Shown here: one piece after another, positions 29,033 to 37,262 of the stretch
How positions within the stretch are numbered: position 1 is the first letter of the stretch
Layout: every line of letters starts with the position of its first letter
NCBI GenBank assembly: GCA_038045445.1
Contig: JBBSYC010000008.1
Coordinates: 870 to 64,869, forward strand
From: Nanobdellota archaeon
GTDB lineage: Archaea; Nanobdellota; Nanobdellia; Pacearchaeales; GW2011-AR1
DNA: 64,000 nucleotides
Direction of reading: 5' to 3'
Made by a program: the position numbers and the translations under genes
The notes under the pieces: model-generated
The model's input: only the letters and a program-made list of their open reading frames with translations
Told to the model about the DNA's origin: nothing
Databases searched by the model: none

Positions 29033-29056
29033 AGGTCTTTTTTGGAGGAAAACTGA

Positions 29057-30277
29057 ATGATTGTAGATTACATTTCCATTGCTTTTAGAAATCTAAGGCG
29101 TAGGGGAATAAGGAGTTGGTTGACACTTATAGGAATTTTTATAGGCATTGCAACAGTGGTTTCATTAATAAGCTTGGGAGGTGGATTAAAAGAAGCTATT
29201 CTCTCTCAATTTGGAGCTGGTTCAACAGAGGTGATTGAAATTCAAGCAGGAGGACTTAATTCTTTTGGACCTCCCGGAACAAGTGTTGCTAATCCTTTGA
29301 CTACTGAAGATGTCAAAGCAATTGAAAGACTAAATTCTGTCGAAAGTGCGATTGGTAGGCACATTGTTACGGTAAAGGTTGAATTTAATGATCATTTGAT
29401 AATAGCATCCGCTACTGATGTACCTGAAGGTTCTGAAAAAGAAATCAGTTACGAGATAATGGGTGTTGAACCTTTAGATGGAAAATTGTTAGATGATGAA
29501 GATATAGGGAGTGTTGTATTGGGAAATAATTTTTATTTAGAAGATAAAAGCGGTTTTGAAAAACCAGTAAGGGTTGGAAACAGCATAAAAATAAATGGAA
29601 AAAATTATGATGTGCAAGGAATATTAAAAAAAGAAGGAAGTTTTATCTTTGACCAAATAATAATATTCAATGAAGATGATTTGAAAGAGATTTCGAACTA
29701 TGGAGAGACTGTTGACTTTATAGAGGTCAAAGTTAAAAATAGAGAACTTATTGACTCTGCTGAAAAAGATATCGAAGATTTATTGAGAGATAGAAGGAAT
29801 GTAAAAATTGGAGAGGAAGACTTTGAGGTCTCTACTCCTGAAGCTTCTTTATCAACGGTAAACCAGATACTTACTGGAATACAAATTTTTGTTGCGATGA
29901 TAGCTATTATTTCAATAATTGTGGGATCTTTAGGGATTGTGAACACCATGACTACATCGGTTCTTGAAAGAGTTAAAGAAATTGGTATAATGAAAGCAAT
30001 TGGTGCAAAAAATTCTGATATATTTTACCAATTTTTCATAGAGGCAGGACTATTAGGACTTGTTGGGGGAGTTGTTGGAATATTGTTTGGAATATCCATA
30101 GGATATTTTGGAACATTTACTATAAACTCCTTTCTTGGAGCTTCAACATCTCCTCAAATAAACTGGAGCCTTATTATTATAACATTTTTGGGAAGTTTCT
30201 GCATAGGAGCAATATCGGGGATAATTCCGGCGATAAGAGCTGCAAATCTAAAACCTGTGGAGGCATTGAGAAGTTAA
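29057..30277 (+). CDS. ABC transporter permease, FtsX/MacB-like
   Basis: N-terminal TM, a large extracytoplasmic domain, and a C-terminal 3-TM FtsX block (VLERVKEIGIMKAIGAKN). Confidence 0.8.
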   Translation: MIVDYISIAFRNLRRRGIRSWLTLIGIFIGIATVVSLISLGGGLKEAILSQFGAGSTEVIEIQAGGLNSFGPPGTSVANPLTTEDVKAIERLNSVESAIGRHIVTVKVEFNDHLIIASATDVPEGSEKEISYEIMGVEPLDGKLLDDEDIGSVVLGNNFYLEDKSGFEKPVRVGNSIKINGKNYDVQGILKKEGSFIFDQIIIFNEDDLKEISNYGETVDFIEVKVKNRELIDSAEKDIEDLLRDRRNVKIGEEDFEVSTPEASLSTVNQILTGIQIFVAMIAIISIIVGSLGIVNTMTTSVLERVKEIGIMKAIGAKNSDIFYQFFIEAGLLGLVGGVVGILFGISIGYFGTFTINSFLGASTSPQINWSLIIITFLGSFCIGAISGIIPAIRAANLKPVEALRS

Positions 30278-31489
30278 ATGGTAAATAAAGAATTAATAAA
30301 ATATTCTCTTAAACATATCTCTCATAGAAAAGCGAGGAGTTTTCTCACAATATTCTCTATACTTGTAGGAATCTCGACTATATTCATATTTGTTAGTTTT
30401 GGACAAGGTTTATTTGATTATGTTAATGAAATAAAAACTAGCTCCGGTGCAGATAAAGTTACTATAATTCCTAAAGGAATCGGCGCACCTGGATTGGATA
30501 ACACTTTCTTTTTAACTGAAGAAGATATAAGAACTGTTGAAAAAACTTCGGGGGTTTATGAAGCGACTGGAATGTACTCCAAGGCCGCTGAAGTTACCAA
30601 GGGCAGAACAAAAAAATTTGTTTTTTTATTAGGATATGATCCTGATAAAGCTGACTTAATCAAAGAAGTATTCTCAATAGATGTTGATACTGGAAGAGAC
30701 CTTAGGCAGAGTGATGATGCAAGGGTAGTTTTAGGACATAATTATCAATTAGATAAAAAAATATTTCCTAATGGTCTGACTTTAAATGATAATTTGGAAG
30801 TTCAAGGTCAGAAGCTAAGAATTGTAGGATTTTTTGAGGAAGTTGGAAATCCTCAGGATGATTCTAATGTTTATATAACAACAGATTATTTTGAGAAATT
30901 ATATTTTAATAGTTCTAAAAAATTTAACCAGATAATTGCAAGGGTTGACGCAGATAATATTGAGAGCACCATACAAAAAATTGAATCTGGACTCAGAAAA
31001 TCAAGAAATCTTGAAAAAGGAAAAGAAGATTTTTTTGTAGCTTCTTTTGAAGAACTTTTGGAACAGTTTACTCAAGCGCTAGATTATATTGTTTATTTTG
31101 TTATATTTATTGCGCTTATTTCCGTAGTAGTTTCAGCCGTGAACACTGCAAATACTACAATAACATCGGTTCTTGAAAGAGTTAAAGAAATTGGTATAAT
31201 GAAAGCAATTGGTGCAAAAAATAAAGAAATCTTTGCAATATTTGTCTTTGAGGCAGGATTTTTGGGATTTATTGCTGGACTTTTGGGAATCATTTTAGGA
31301 TTTATTATAACCTCTATTGCCGGTGCTTTTCTTGATGCACAAGGATGGGGGTTTCTAAGCCCTCATTACTCTTGGCAACTATTTATTGGATGCATCCTAT
31401 TTGCTACATTGACTGGGGCAATATCTGGAATAATTCCCGCTTGGAGAGCTTCAAAAATAAGACCGGTTAGAGCACTTCGCTATGAATAA
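30278..31489 (+). CDS. ABC transporter permease, FtsX/MacB-like (second paralog)
   Basis: Same architecture as the first permease, and the FtsX block is identical at the peptide level (VLERVKEIGIMKAIGAKN). Confidence 0.8.
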   Translation: MVNKELIKYSLKHISHRKARSFLTIFSILVGISTIFIFVSFGQGLFDYVNEIKTSSGADKVTIIPKGIGAPGLDNTFFLTEEDIRTVEKTSGVYEATGMYSKAAEVTKGRTKKFVFLLGYDPDKADLIKEVFSIDVDTGRDLRQSDDARVVLGHNYQLDKKIFPNGLTLNDNLEVQGQKLRIVGFFEEVGNPQDDSNVYITTDYFEKLYFNSSKKFNQIIARVDADNIESTIQKIESGLRKSRNLEKGKEDFFVASFEELLEQFTQALDYIVYFVIFIALISVVVSAVNTANTTITSVLERVKEIGIMKAIGAKNKEIFAIFVFEAGFLGFIAGLLGIILGFIITSIAGAFLDAQGWGFLSPHYSWQLFIGCILFATLTGAISGIIPAWRASKIRPVRALRYE

Positions 31490-32352
31490 TTTTGTTTTGA
31501 AGTTCTTATTAAATGTTTAATATGATGTCTTACTTTTCTTCTTGATAAGTACAGATAAATAATTATCCCTATAACTGCAAGCCACAAAATAACTTGGCCT
31601 ATTGAAACTGAAGATTTTTTCCTTGTGTTCTCAAAAGCTAATTCGCTGAATAAAAGCTCTTTAGTTAGCGAACGGCGTTCACCTATCTCATCATTGTATT
31701 GTAAATTTATAATTATTGACCCTGAATTTAAGCTTGCATCAAAAGTAATTGTTGTATCTTCATTTGAATCAAGCTCCCCTAAAATCTTTACATGACTTCC
31801 TTCGATTAAAGCATTATCTTGCTCGGGTACTTCCAAAGTAATCGCTCTTGCATTTTTCTCTCCTATATTAACTACTCCGAGAATCAATTTATTTGTTGAA
31901 AATGAATAACTATCTAAGGTCACGATAAAATCTGTTCGCACCTCTTCAACAGATATATTGAAATCTGTAATCTTTGTCAATGAGGATTCTCCGTTCAACC
32001 AAGTCTTCAAACTAACTTTTTGGTCTCCATCTAATGCATTTGAATCCACCCTTACTTTATAAGGAATCATCCAAAAAGAATTATAATCTCTCTGATATGT
32101 CCCTCCTTTTATTACTTGCATCTTTGAATATCCTGAATCAAGTGTGAATGGATATTCTTCTAAAAATTCTAAATTTATTATTCCACATTCTGGATTTTCG
32201 GTGCCCGTAATCTGAAAAAGCAACTTTACCGTTTCCCCTGGAACTGCTGAAGAAGGATCTTGATTCACAAGCGATGGTGTTAAAACACATAAAGCGGAAG
32301 AAAATTCAATCATTGTTAAAACAAAAGTGAAAATTATCAAAACCTTTTTCAT
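31480..32352 (-). CDS. exported single-pass membrane protein (hypothetical)
   Basis: Signal peptide MKKVLIIFTFVLTMIEFSSA and a C-terminal TM with a basic tail. Convergent 10-nt overlap with the second permease. Confidence 0.5.
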   Translation of the reverse strand: MKKVLIIFTFVLTMIEFSSALCVLTPSLVNQDPSSAVPGETVKLLFQITGTENPECGIINLEFLEEYPFTLDSGYSKMQVIKGGTYQRDYNSFWMIPYKVRVDSNALDGDQKVSLKTWLNGESSLTKITDFNISVEEVRTDFIVTLDSYSFSTNKLILGVVNIGEKNARAITLEVPEQDNALIEGSHVKILGELDSNEDTTITFDASLNSGSIIINLQYNDEIGERRSLTKELLFSELAFENTRKKSSVSIGQVILWLAVIGIIIYLYLSRRKVRHHIKHLIRTSKQNYS

Positions 32353-32400
32353 ATCATTATTTGGGGATTTGTACTTATAAATGTTGCAGAAATTATATCA

Positions 32401-32458
32401 AAAAATCGATGCAACACCACGCACTTTAGTGTGTGGTTTGATTGTTGCTCGATTTTTG
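32401..32458. promoter_or_regulatory. long imperfect hairpin enclosing palindromic motif copy A, in a divergent intergenic region
   Basis: aaaaatcgatgcaaca ... tgttgctcgattttt are inverted repeats (15/16 pairs). The inner loop is motif copy A. Confidence 0.45.
32417..32436. promoter_or_regulatory. palindromic motif copy A (ccacgcactttagtgtgtgg)
   Basis: Exact reverse complement of copies B and C. Each half, ccacRcac / gtgYgtgg, is self-complementary. Confidence 0.6.
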
Positions 32459-32474
32459 GATGCTCAAAGTTTCA

Positions 32475-32494
32475 CCACACACTAAAGTGCGTGG
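32475..32494. promoter_or_regulatory. palindromic motif copy B (ccacacactaaagtgcgtgg) with a conserved 3' block running into the ATG at 32515
   Basis: Identical to copy C over 23 nt. It is then followed by acactttgacATGaaaattt versus acacttcgacATGagaaaattt at copy C. Confidence 0.6.
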
Positions 32495-32514
32495 TTTTAC
32501 TGAGACACTTTGAC

Positions 32515-32769
32515 ATGAAAATTTATAAAGTGTTGATTGTTACAGGTTTGAAAGAGGACAAAATGACAAGTAAGTGTGTTTATTGTAAGACTGAACTAAC
32601 TGATGGTAGGGCCGTGGATGTTTGCACTCCTTGTGGTAGAGGAATTTGGGGAGAGAAGATGTTTCAAGCAATAATCTCTAACATGGGTACTGCAAGAGAT
32701 AAGGGAGACTTGTATCAAGGAAGTGTTACATCTCTTAAACCCTCACAAGGTTCTACGGAAGCTTTTTAA
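32515..32769 (+). CDS. small zinc-ribbon protein (hypothetical)
   Basis: The start was set at the ATG placed at conserved spacing after motif B. Two CxxC pairs (CVYCK...CTPCGR). Overlaps the L21e start by 47 nt, so coding status is uncertain. Confidence 0.35.
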   Translation: MKIYKVLIVTGLKEDKMTSKCVYCKTELTDGRAVDVCTPCGRGIWGEKMFQAIISNMGTARDKGDLYQGSVTSLKPSQGSTEAF

Positions 32770-33058
32770 AGGTAACCTCACCAGATATTTCATGTTAACC
32801 AACAAGAAAATTAGGTCTAGAGGAAAGATATCTCTCACTAAATATTTTCAACAGTTTGACGAGGGAGATAGCGTTGCTGTCGTGAGAGACTTAACTGTTC
32901 AGAGCCCTGGTTTTCCATCTAGAATCCAGGGAAGAACTGGCGTTGTAATTGAAAAGAGAGGAACTTCTTATGTGATTTTAGTAAAAGACTTTACAAGAGA
33001 TAAGGTTTACATAGTAAGACCTGTTCATTTAAAGAAAATAGAGGTAATTAAAAAATGA
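32723..33058 (+). CDS. rpl21e: 50S ribosomal protein L21e
   Basis: NPHK...RKLF N-terminus and ...GDSVAVV...GRTGVVIEKRG...YIVRPVHLK match L21e. The start could instead be the internal Met at 32792. Confidence 0.7.
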   Translation: MLHLLNPHKVLRKLFKGNLTRYFMLTNKKIRSRGKISLTKYFQQFDEGDSVAVVRDLTVQSPGFPSRIQGRTGVVIEKRGTSYVILVKDFTRDKVYIVRPVHLKKIEVIKK

Positions 33059-33354
33059 TTCTTAAAATGACTCCTGTTCACTTGGGCGAGGTTATAGAAC
33101 TTGCAGGAGACTTGGAGTCTAAACCTGAGTTGAGAGATTATCTTAAAGAATTTTCTAAATTGGATAAAAAGAAAGCAGATTCTCTGATTGAGGGTCTTCG
33201 GGCTATTGGAAACCCTAAAATAAAAGAAGAATCAATGGTCAAAATTGCAGACATTATTCCTCGCGATGCTGAAGAAATTTCTAAAATATTTAATGATACC
33301 TCTCTTAGCGAGAAAGAAATAGAAGAGATTTTATCGGTGGTTAAGGAGTACTGA
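33055..33354 (+). CDS. rpoF: DNA-directed RNA polymerase subunit F (Rpo4/RpoF)
   Basis: ~99 aa; the C-terminal ADIIPRDAEEISKIF...EEILSVVKEY matches Rpo4. Conserved L21e–RpoF–DUF655 synteny. Confidence 0.6.
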   Translation: MILKMTPVHLGEVIELAGDLESKPELRDYLKEFSKLDKKKADSLIEGLRAIGNPKIKEESMVKIADIIPRDAEEISKIFNDTSLSEKEIEEILSVVKEY

Positions 33355-33356
33355 AC

Positions 33357-33896
33357 ATGATAAAGAAAGATGATTATGCTTTAGTATTAGACTATCTTGC
33401 GAATGGTTATCCTTTGTCTGGCAACATGAAATCAGTAGTCCAAGCTATAGGAATTCAACATCTTGCTTTGCTTGAATTGGCACCAGTAAGGGGTGCTCAG
33501 ATAGACATCAAGGAAAAGGTTTATATAGGTCCTGAAAGGAGAGACAAGATATACTATATTATCGGCAGGTTACGTGTCGATAAGCTTACAGAGACCGCGA
33601 AGATCCAGCTACAAGAGTTTGTCGAGGGACATGTTGGGGAGCATGAACAAGAATTTGTTAAATTCTTTAATACTGCTCAGGCAATAAATACAAGATTGCA
33701 TCAACTTGAACTTCTACCCGGATTTGGACGCAAACATACTCAAGAGTTGCTTAACTCAAGAAACGAAAAACAGTTTGAATCTTTTGAGGAGATAAGGCAA
33801 AGAGTAAAAAGTGTACCTGACCCAAAAAAAGCTATTGAAAGAAGGATTATCGAGGAATTGACTGAAAATCCGAGACAAAGATTGTTTGTAATGTAA
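33357..33896 (+). CDS. DUF655-family RNA-binding protein
   Basis: N-terminus DYALVLDYLANGYP and its position after rpoF, as in most archaea. Confidence 0.65.
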   Translation: MIKKDDYALVLDYLANGYPLSGNMKSVVQAIGIQHLALLELAPVRGAQIDIKEKVYIGPERRDKIYYIIGRLRVDKLTETAKIQLQEFVEGHVGEHEQEFVKFFNTAQAINTRLHQLELLPGFGRKHTQELLNSRNEKQFESFEEIRQRVKSVPDPKKAIERRIIEELTENPRQRLFVM

Positions 33897-33897
33897 T

Positions 33898-34401
33898 ATG
33901 GCAGAAGAAAAAATAAAGAAAGAACCTAAAGAGCAGAAGCAAAAGCACCAGAAGGAAGAAGACTTGCTGGAATCACTTGTAAGAATTCATGGAAGAGACA
34001 TTCCAGGAAACAAAAAGGTTTATCCTGGACTTAAACACATTAGAGGAGTTTCATGGACAATTTCTAATGCAATATGCAGAATACTGGGAATAGATAAAAA
34101 AATGAGAATCTCTGAGCTTTCTAAAGAAGACATAGAAAAAATAGAGTCATTCTTGCAAAAACCTATTCTTTATGAATATTTAAAAAATAGACGTAAGGAT
34201 TATGATACTGGAGAATCAAAACATTTGTTGACTAATGAACTCGATATGGCTAAGGATTTTGACATTAAACGTATGAGACAAATAAAAAGTTATAAGGGTA
34301 TGCGTCATGCACTTAAACAGCCGGTTAGAGGACAGCGTACAAGAAGCCACTTTAGAACAACTGGCGTTGCAGTGGGGGTAAAAAAAAGTAAAGTAAAATG
34401 A
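33898..34401 (+). CDS. rps13: 30S ribosomal protein S13
   Basis: RIHGRDIPGNKKVYPGLKHIRGV and the C-terminal GQRTRS are S13 hallmarks. Confidence 0.85.
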   Translation: MAEEKIKKEPKEQKQKHQKEEDLLESLVRIHGRDIPGNKKVYPGLKHIRGVSWTISNAICRILGIDKKMRISELSKEDIEKIESFLQKPILYEYLKNRRKDYDTGESKHLLTNELDMAKDFDIKRMRQIKSYKGMRHALKQPVRGQRTRSHFRTTGVAVGVKKSKVK

Positions 34402-34862
34402 TTCGTAAAAAAAATAAATTTTCGTGGCCTCGTAAACTTTACGATAAGGCAAGAATTTCTGAAGAAAATAAACTTGTCGAAGAGTATGGTCTGAAAAATA
34501 AAAGAGAGATTTGGAAAGCAGAAGCAAAGATAAAGTACTATCGCAATAGAGCTAAGTTTCTTATTAATTCTTCAGGAGAAGATCAGAACAGATTCTTTGA
34601 GAAACTGAAAGCAATGGGTTTGTTAGTTAATAATATTGCAGATGTTCTTGCTTTAAATAAAGAGGATTTGCTTAAAAGAAGATTATCTACGGTGGTATGG
34701 AAAAAAGGGCTTGCAAACACTGCAAAACAAGCAAGACAGTTCATAGTTCACAAAAAAATATTTGTTGGAGAAAATGCTGTAAACACTCCAAGTTATATTG
34801 TCTCTGTCGACTCAGAGAACAACATTACCTTAAGAAATAAAAATTCGGAGGCTAAAAAATGA
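34398..34862 (+). CDS. rps4: 30S ribosomal protein S4
   Basis: N-terminus WPRKLYDKARISEENKL...YGLKNKREIWK; ATGA overlap with S13. Confidence 0.85.
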   Translation: MIRKKNKFSWPRKLYDKARISEENKLVEEYGLKNKREIWKAEAKIKYYRNRAKFLINSSGEDQNRFFEKLKAMGLLVNNIADVLALNKEDLLKRRLSTVVWKKGLANTAKQARQFIVHKKIFVGENAVNTPSYIVSVDSENNITLRNKNSEAKK

Positions 34863-35323
34863 CTGAAGAAAATAAAGTTGTTGAAGAAGCAGTAGCTGAA
34901 GAACAATCGGTTGAAAATTCTCGTGAAAATGAAAAGGGAGAGAAGTCAGAAGTTGTTCCTGGAATTGCTTATGTTTTTGGGTCATATAATAATACAATTG
35001 TTCATATAACTGATTTGTCTGGAAGCACCATAACTAGAATAAGTGGTGGAATGATTACAAAACATAGCAGACTTAAAGCAAATCCTACTACAGCCATGTT
35101 CGTTGCTAAAAGGGCGGCAGAGTTTGCTCGTGATGCTGGAATAAATGCCTTATATATAAGAACTCGTGGAAAAACTAATTCTCCTGGAATAGGGCCTGGT
35201 GCTCATGCCGCAGTCAAGACCTTAAGCAAAGAAGGTTTCAAGATACTTGGGGTTTTGGACACTCACCGAGTTCCTAGAGGCGGACCTAAAAAGAAAGGAG
35301 GCAAGAGAGGAAGAAGGGTTTAA
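34859..35323 (+). CDS. rps11: 30S ribosomal protein S11
   Basis: GIAYVFGSYNNTIVHITDLSG...GPGAHAAV is the conserved S11 core. Confidence 0.9.
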   Translation: MTEENKVVEEAVAEEQSVENSRENEKGEKSEVVPGIAYVFGSYNNTIVHITDLSGSTITRISGGMITKHSRLKANPTTAMFVAKRAAEFARDAGINALYIRTRGKTNSPGIGPGAHAAVKTLSKEGFKILGVLDTHRVPRGGPKKKGGKRGRRV

Positions 35324-35348
35324 AAGTCCTTCTTCTGAATAAAGCAAT

Positions 35349-36047
35349 ATGGAAATAATAATTAAAACTCCAGAGAGACTAATTGTTAGAACTGCGATAA
35401 ACTATTCTTTGTTGAATGCAATCAGAAGAAGTGTTGAAGAGATTCCAACTTTAGCAATTGATGAGGTTGAGATATTTAGAAATGGTTCTGCACTTTATGA
35501 TGAAGTTCTCGCTCATAGAATAGGTCTTGTCCCTATAAAAAATGATAATAAAATTTCTAGTAAAACTACTAGTACTGCATCGTTGAAGAAAGTTGGACCA
35601 GGAACTGTTTATTCCGGAGACTTTAAAGGAGATTTGAATGTTGTTTATGACTCGATTCCTTTAACAATATTAGAAAAAGACCAAGAATTAGAGTTAATTG
35701 CTACAGCTTCTGTAGGAACCGGTCTGAATCATACAAAGCACGTTCCAGGGTTGATATATTACAGAAACTTATTTGAAGTAAAATCGGGAAATGTAAAAAT
35801 AGATTCAATAATTCAGGAATCTTCTGGAGCAATAAAACCGGAGAAAAAAGGAAATAAGTGGATCTGCGATCTTAGCGACTTGCAGTCAAATGAGATTAAA
35901 AGACTCGACAATGATTCTATCTCTGATAGTTCCGAATTTCTTCTTTTTGTAGAATCTTTTGGAATCCTTGAAGCTGATAAAATATTGGCGAAAGCAGTAG
36001 AAGTCTTACAAAGCAATGTTGAAGCTTTTGAAGAATATTTAAAGTAA
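35349..36047 (+). CDS. rpoD: DNA-directed RNA polymerase subunit D (Rpo3)
   Basis: Position between S11 and L18e. LNAIRRSVEEIPTLAIDEVEI...HRIGLVPI is the Rpo3/RpoA-like dimerisation domain. Confidence 0.8.
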   Translation: MEIIIKTPERLIVRTAINYSLLNAIRRSVEEIPTLAIDEVEIFRNGSALYDEVLAHRIGLVPIKNDNKISSKTTSTASLKKVGPGTVYSGDFKGDLNVVYDSIPLTILEKDQELELIATASVGTGLNHTKHVPGLIYYRNLFEVKSGNVKIDSIIQESSGAIKPEKKGNKWICDLSDLQSNEIKRLDNDSISDSSEFLLFVESFGILEADKILAKAVEVLQSNVEAFEEYLK

Positions 36048-36048
36048 A

Positions 36049-36417
36049 ATGATAAGCAATACATCTCTAGCAAAAAGAACAAAGAAAAAAATGGATCCTT
36101 ATTTAGTGGATACTATTTTTGCTGCGAAACGGGCTAAAGGGTGGGCAAAACTAGCGCAAGTGATATCTGGTTCCAGGAGAAAATATTCTAATGTTAACTT
36201 GGGTAGAATAGAAAAAGATTCATCTGATGAAAAAACAGTGATAGTTCCTGGAAAGGTTCTTGGAAGTGGTAATCTTTCAAATGGAAAAAGAATTTGTGCA
36301 ATCTACTTTTCAATGTCTGCTATAAATAAAATAAAAAAAAGTAAAGGAGAAGCTGTAAATCTTATAGATGAAATCAAAAAAAATCCTTCTGCAGAGGGGG
36401 TTAGAATAATAAGATGA
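36049..36417 (+). CDS. rpl18e: 50S ribosomal protein L18e
   Basis: 122 aa, basic; it sits in the synteny slot after rpoD. Confidence 0.7.
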   Translation: MISNTSLAKRTKKKMDPYLVDTIFAAKRAKGWAKLAQVISGSRRKYSNVNLGRIEKDSSDEKTVIVPGKVLGSGNLSNGKRICAIYFSMSAINKIKKSKGEAVNLIDEIKKNPSAEGVRIIR

Positions 36418-36818
36418 ATAAATTGGTTATTGATGGCACAAATTCAATTTTGGGTCGCCTTGCGAGTCGTGTTGCTAAACAAGCACTGCTTGGAAAAGAA
36501 GTTTTTGTAGTTAACTGTGAAAAATCAGTTATTTCTGGAAACAGAAAAGTTATTTTTGAAAAGTATAGGTCCATTAGATCTAAGGGTGGTTCTTCTCAGA
36601 AAGGTCCTTTATTTCCCACTAAACCTGCTGCGATAGTCAAAAGAACAATTAGGGGAATGTTATCCCATAAGCAAGATAGAGGCGCTTCTGCTCTTAAGAG
36701 AATCAAATGTTATGAAGGATTGCCAAAAGAATTTACAGAATCTAAATTAGAAGATGCACCTCAGTCTAAGGGTCTTGTAACAGTTACATTGAAAGAAGTT
36801 AGCGAGGAATTAAGATGA
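36414..36818 (+). CDS. rpl13: 50S ribosomal protein L13
   Basis: N-terminus VIDGTNSILGRLASRVAK is typical of L13. Confidence 0.85.
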   Translation: MNKLVIDGTNSILGRLASRVAKQALLGKEVFVVNCEKSVISGNRKVIFEKYRSIRSKGGSSQKGPLFPTKPAAIVKRTIRGMLSHKQDRGASALKRIKCYEGLPKEFTESKLEDAPQSKGLVTVTLKEVSEELR

Positions 36819-37219
36819 GTATTAAGATAATGACTGCTGGAAAAAGAAAAACTTCTGTGGCAAAAATAAAGGTTCAAGATGGAGATGGGAAAGTCTTTTA
36901 CAATGGCCTCTCTATTGAAAATTTAAAACTTTTTCATAAACTTGCTCTTATGGAACCTCTGAGAATATATGAAAACTTATTTGCTAAGATGCCTTACGAT
37001 ATTTATATAAAATCTATTGGTGGGGGAAAGGAATCTCAGATTCAGGCAGCAAGACTTGCAATAGCAAGAGCTCTTGTAGGACTGACTAAAAAATCAGAAC
37101 TCAAGGAAGCTTACTTAGCTTATGATAGACATATGCTCGTCGCAGATGTTAGAAGAAAGGAACAACGTAAACCTGGAGACTCTAAGGCAAGAGCAAAGAG
37201 ACAGAAATCTTATCGTTGA
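36815..37219 (+). CDS. rps9: 30S ribosomal protein S9
   Basis: GKRKTSVAKI...GGGKESQIQAARLAIARAL and the C-terminal KRQKSYR match S9. Confidence 0.9.
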   Translation: MSIKIMTAGKRKTSVAKIKVQDGDGKVFYNGLSIENLKLFHKLALMEPLRIYENLFAKMPYDIYIKSIGGGKESQIQAARLAIARALVGLTKKSELKEAYLAYDRHMLVADVRRKEQRKPGDSKARAKRQKSYR

Positions 37220-37262
37220 TTTTTAGAATTACGAAGATTTATAGAGTATCTCTAAAAATTGA

